45,458 nucleotides of DNA, taken from Pseudomonas phage vB_PseudoP-SA22. The position numbers and the translations under genes are program-made. The stretch is taken from sequence record OP793496.1. The stretch is one strand, 5' to 3'. Shown one piece after another: positions 43,079-45,458 of this stretch (the stretch's first letter is position 1; every line of letters begins with the position of its first letter). The notes under the pieces were generated by a model. That model was given only the letters and a program-made list of their open reading frames with translations. It had not been told where the DNA came from and did not search any database.

Positions 43079-43332
43079 TAGTAATCTCCTTTGATTAGTC
43101 GTTTGGTTGACTTGATGAGGTTGACCAGGGGACAGTATATGACAGCCATAAAGCACATCCAGGGAAGTGATGCAGGCCACAGGGCACCCATTACGATTGC
43201 AATGTCCCGGTCTTTTTGGCTCATCCTTCCATACTCATCGCAGTTTGCCGCCAACCCGGCGATACCAGCCACGAGCAAGGATAAAGCCATATAGATCAGG
43301 ATCGCTGGGATTATCAGGAGGTATGTCATCAT
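43078..43332 (-). CDS. Two-TM small membrane protein (84 aa)
   Basis: LLIIPAILIYMALSLLVAGIAGLAA and IVMGALWPASLPWMCFMAVIYCPLV. Confidence 0.45.
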   Translation of the reverse strand: MMTYLLIIPAILIYMALSLLVAGIAGLAANCDEYGRMSQKDRDIAIVMGALWPASLPWMCFMAVIYCPLVNLIKSTKRLIKGDY

Positions 43333-43337
43333 TTTGC

Positions 43338-43679
43338 TTACCCTTGCTGAGACCCCTTCAATACATACTCATCGAAGGCATCTTCCCTGTCCTCGGGTAT
43401 TCCTTCAAGCTCGATGGTCACATATCGCCCATACTCCGCTCGTACCCAATCAAGGAATTCACCCTTGACTGCCTCGGGGTCAGTAGCACCACCAGCGGCA
43501 GCCATGTTGTAGAGGGATTCCAAATGGTATCGCCAAGGCACATAGACCGTGCCATCGTCAAGGACAGTGATCCTCGACGGGAGGAACGTGAGGTGTTTCG
43601 ACCGGCCCATCACCAATCCCTCGCGCAGTTGCAGCAACGTCCCTCTTTGGGACCGAAGACTGGCATGCAATGAGGGCAA
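43338..43679 (-). CDS. Hypothetical early protein (113 aa)
   Basis: ORF track. Confidence 0.4.
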   Translation of the reverse strand: MPSLHASLRSQRGTLLQLREGLVMGRSKHLTFLPSRITVLDDGTVYVPWRYHLESLYNMAAAGGATDPEAVKGEFLDWVRAEYGRYVTIELEGIPEDREDAFDEYVLKGSQQG

Positions 43680-43891
43680 GGCTCCCCGGATTGGATCATA
43701 GCCTCCCTGGCGTGCCTCAGGTAAGCCGATCGGCTGGACTCCATACCTACGGCAGCCAAGGTGAAACCAAGCTCACCACGGGGCTCCTGGGTGCCTTCCT
43801 GGAGGCTCATGTTGAACCCCCGCTTTTCTACACGACGCTTCATGCGACGCTCCTGGGCCATTATCTGGCCGATCATGGGTTTATTCTTCAT
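43610..43891 (-). CDS. Hypothetical protein with C-terminal Cys cluster (CPHCMP...CCNCARDW)
   Basis: ORF track. Confidence 0.35.
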   Translation of the reverse strand: MKNKPMIGQIMAQERRMKRRVEKRGFNMSLQEGTQEPRGELGFTLAAVGMESSRSAYLRHAREAMIQSGEPCPHCMPVFGPKEGRCCNCARDW

Positions 43892-44144
43892 ACGGCCCCC
43901 ACATGCAGGAATTCACCGACAACCATTTGGCCGGGAATAGCTCAAGGTGAGTGCCGATTTCCTTGCACTTGAGGATGTTGAAACCATCCTTGTGGATGAT
44001 GGTAACGAGTTCGCCCTTCTTGAGGTAAACCAGGTCGCCAGACCCGGAATCACCCGAATGGACGTAGGCACCATCCGCCATCTGGCTGATGTGGAATTCA
44101 ACCCTTGGCTTTGCTACAGACACGCTGAAAGAAGTATTGGTCAT
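43881..44144 (-). CDS. Hypothetical early protein (87 aa)
   Basis: ORF track. Confidence 0.4.
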   Translation of the reverse strand: MTNTSFSVSVAKPRVEFHISQMADGAYVHSGDSGSGDLVYLKKGELVTIIHKDGFNILKCKEIGTHLELFPAKWLSVNSCMWGPYEE

Positions 44145-44153
44145 GGCGTCACC

Positions 44154-44300
44154 TTACTGAACCCGATGAACGATGTGGTCCACCGGGATGCCGAGTTCGA
44201 AGAAGGTTTCGGTGATGAACTGCCCGAAGTTGATGACCTTTACGTGTCGCTCACCGTCCTTGCTTACCAACCAGAAAACCTGGGGTTTAGTGGAGTTCAT
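44154..44300 (-). CDS. Possible 48-aa early peptide
   Basis: Manual translation MNSTKPQVFWLVSKDGERHVKVINFGQFITETFFELGIPVDHIVHRVQ. Confidence 0.25.
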   Translation of the reverse strand: MNSTKPQVFWLVSKDGERHVKVINFGQFITETFFELGIPVDHIVHRVQ

Positions 44301-44442
44301 AGACGATACCTACACGTTTGCCGAAGATAGATACACGGATGTGGGTCACGTACCAACCAGGGTACGCCTTGGGGTTAGGCTGGAACCTGCGGATGCTGAC
44401 CAAGGATTCCAACCAGAGGAATAGATACAGGGCGGGCGTCAT
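44287..44442 (-). CDS. Possible 51-aa early peptide; ATG inside a GTACTATGAC motif
   Basis: Manual translation MTPALYLFLWLESLVSIRRFQPNPKAYPGWYVTHIRVSIFGKRVGIVYELH. Confidence 0.25.
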   Translation of the reverse strand: MTPALYLFLWLESLVSIRRFQPNPKAYPGWYVTHIRVSIFGKRVGIVYELH

Positions 44443-44576
44443 AGTACACCTACCTCACGATGCAAAAGGGATGCTGTCCAAGGTCGAGGACAGGACGAAG
44501 AGGACCACCCACGCTACCAGCAACAACCCATTGGAACGTGAGCGTATGGCGGCACATGCAATATACTTCCATGCCA

Positions 44577-44759
44577 TCACCGCGCCCTGTTCTTAGCCAA
44601 GGATGCACGCTTGGCACGGAGCTTGTTCAACTCCAGGGTTTTGCCAAGGTGGCTACCATTGGTATTGGTAAGCTCACGAGTAACCTTGGCAATCTTGCGG
44701 TCGATAGCCTCGATGGCTTGCATGTTGCGGCTGACCTTACGATAGTCGTTGCGTTTCAC
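44577..44759 (-). CDS. Small basic helical protein (60 aa)
   Basis: ORF track. Confidence 0.35.
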   Translation of the reverse strand: MKRNDYRKVSRNMQAIEAIDRKIAKVTRELTNTNGSHLGKTLELNKLRAKRASLAKNRAR

Positions 44760-45075
44760 GGGATAGTTTCCTTTGTTGATTTCCCAAGACGCCCCAGCCT
44801 GCGACCATAGGTCCGGTGGGGGTTTCGGCCAGGAATCACCATGGCCTCATCAGTTGGGTCAGTTGATACCCATTCCTTCCTTCCAGTCACGGAAGAAGAA
44901 GTATCCGATGCCTACGCAAGACACCACGATAGCGATAGTCATTTCTTCAACCTCTTAATCAATTCCTGTTGTTCTTGCTTCCACTTGGGATCGGGGTGAA
45001 CCCGCAGCATCCTCGTGAGCTTCTGCAACCGATTAACCATGAGTGCCCTTTCGTGGGCTGCTTCGTAGGGGGACT

Positions 45076-45303
45076 TCATTTGGTCCACCCGCAGAGGCCC
45101 ATGCAACGGCCTTCCACATAGACGCCGCAGGCGAATTTACCATCGACGAAAGCCCAACGGTAAACCACCTGTTCAACCCCGTTGCTATTGTACGAACGGG
45201 AGTTACAACGCCCTTGCACGTAGTCGTTTGTAACAGCTACCAGAAAGCTACCAAAAGGGGTCCACACGGTTATATCCTCGGTTAGTTCATCCATACAATA
45301 CAC
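45076..45303 (-). CDS. Cys-rich small early protein (75 aa)
   Basis: ORF track. Confidence 0.35.
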   Translation of the reverse strand: MYCMDELTEDITVWTPFGSFLVAVTNDYVQGRCNSRSYNSNGVEQVVYRWAFVDGKFACGVYVEGRCMGLCGWTK

Positions 45304-45403
45304 GGACCTACCATGTACTCTAGGGAGGAACCAAGGGGCGCGTCATAGTACGCCCCTGGCCCTGGCCGTTAGGCCGCTTTCGTAGGCTCTTCGAACTTCA
45401 GCA

Positions 45404-45458
45404 CCTTGATCTGCACGATACGCTCGTCGTGCTCTTCCAGTTGGCCCTTGTCTATGGC
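45404..45458. repeat. Terminal identical segment (copy 2)
   Basis: Identical to nt 1-55. Confidence 0.9.

Noticed and set aside
1-45458. Phage-encoded RNA polymerase, integrase, repressor, CRISPR array
   Set aside because: No ORF carries single-subunit RNAP motifs (the only ORF longer than 800 aa is a Gly/Ala-rich virion protein). No tyrosine or serine recombinase signatures or CI-like HTH repressor were recognised. No regularly spaced direct repeats were found beyond the two 28-nt copies at 2036/2114.

Overview
The window holds a complete phage genome of about 45.4 kb, closed on itself: nt 1-55 are identical to nt 45404-45458, giving a unit length of 45,403 bp, and one minus-strand gene runs across the junction. 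No phage RNA polymerase, integrase or repressor is recognisable. There are six perfect or near-perfect host sigma70-type promoters (TTGACA-17-TATAAT, five with an extended TGTG -10) and three further tandem early promoters.

The plus strand (2.2-21.6 kb) carries two strong promoters, four tRNAs (Asn-GTT, Asp-GTC, Tyr-GTA-like, Pro-TGG) and the virion module. That module runs TerS, GH24 lysozyme, TerL, portal, scaffold, major capsid, tail-collar fibre, and Gly/Ala-rich ejection or internal proteins including a 1056-aa protein. It ends at a bidirectional intrinsic terminator (21.65 kb).

The minus strand is read from tandem early promoters at 1.2-1.5 kb, leftward through the origin, and down from 45.4 kb to 21.7 kb. 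It encodes many small early proteins (several membrane-anchored, one SPFH lipoprotein) and then a T7-type replication set. That set has a gp4-like primase-helicase, a family-A DNA polymerase split into a separate 3'-5' exonuclease gene and a polymerase gene, a gp2.5-like SSB, an endonuclease I-like resolvase, a 5'-3' exonuclease and an HNH endonuclease. It also has a metallophosphoesterase next to a CCA-type nucleotidyltransferase.

The 10-mer GTACTATGAC recurs four times, always on the minus strand, with one GTACTGTGAC variant. Layout, tRNA set and this motif match my memory of LUZ24/PaP3-like Pseudomonas podophages (Bruynoghevirus); this is inferred from memory, not searched.

The most interesting region is a translationally coupled minus-strand operon at 34.3-40.6 kb. 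It encodes an Ntn class-II glutamine amidotransferase fused to an unknown Zn-ribbon domain, two glutamine-synthetase-like (GCS2/YbdK-type) amidoligase paralogues and three proteins of unknown fold. It is bracketed by two copies of a conserved long stem-loop element and sits beside an ATP-grasp ligase and a gamma-glutamyl-cyclotransferase-like gene. Together these look like a predicted but uncharacterised amide-bond / gamma-glutamyl chemistry system of unknown substrate.
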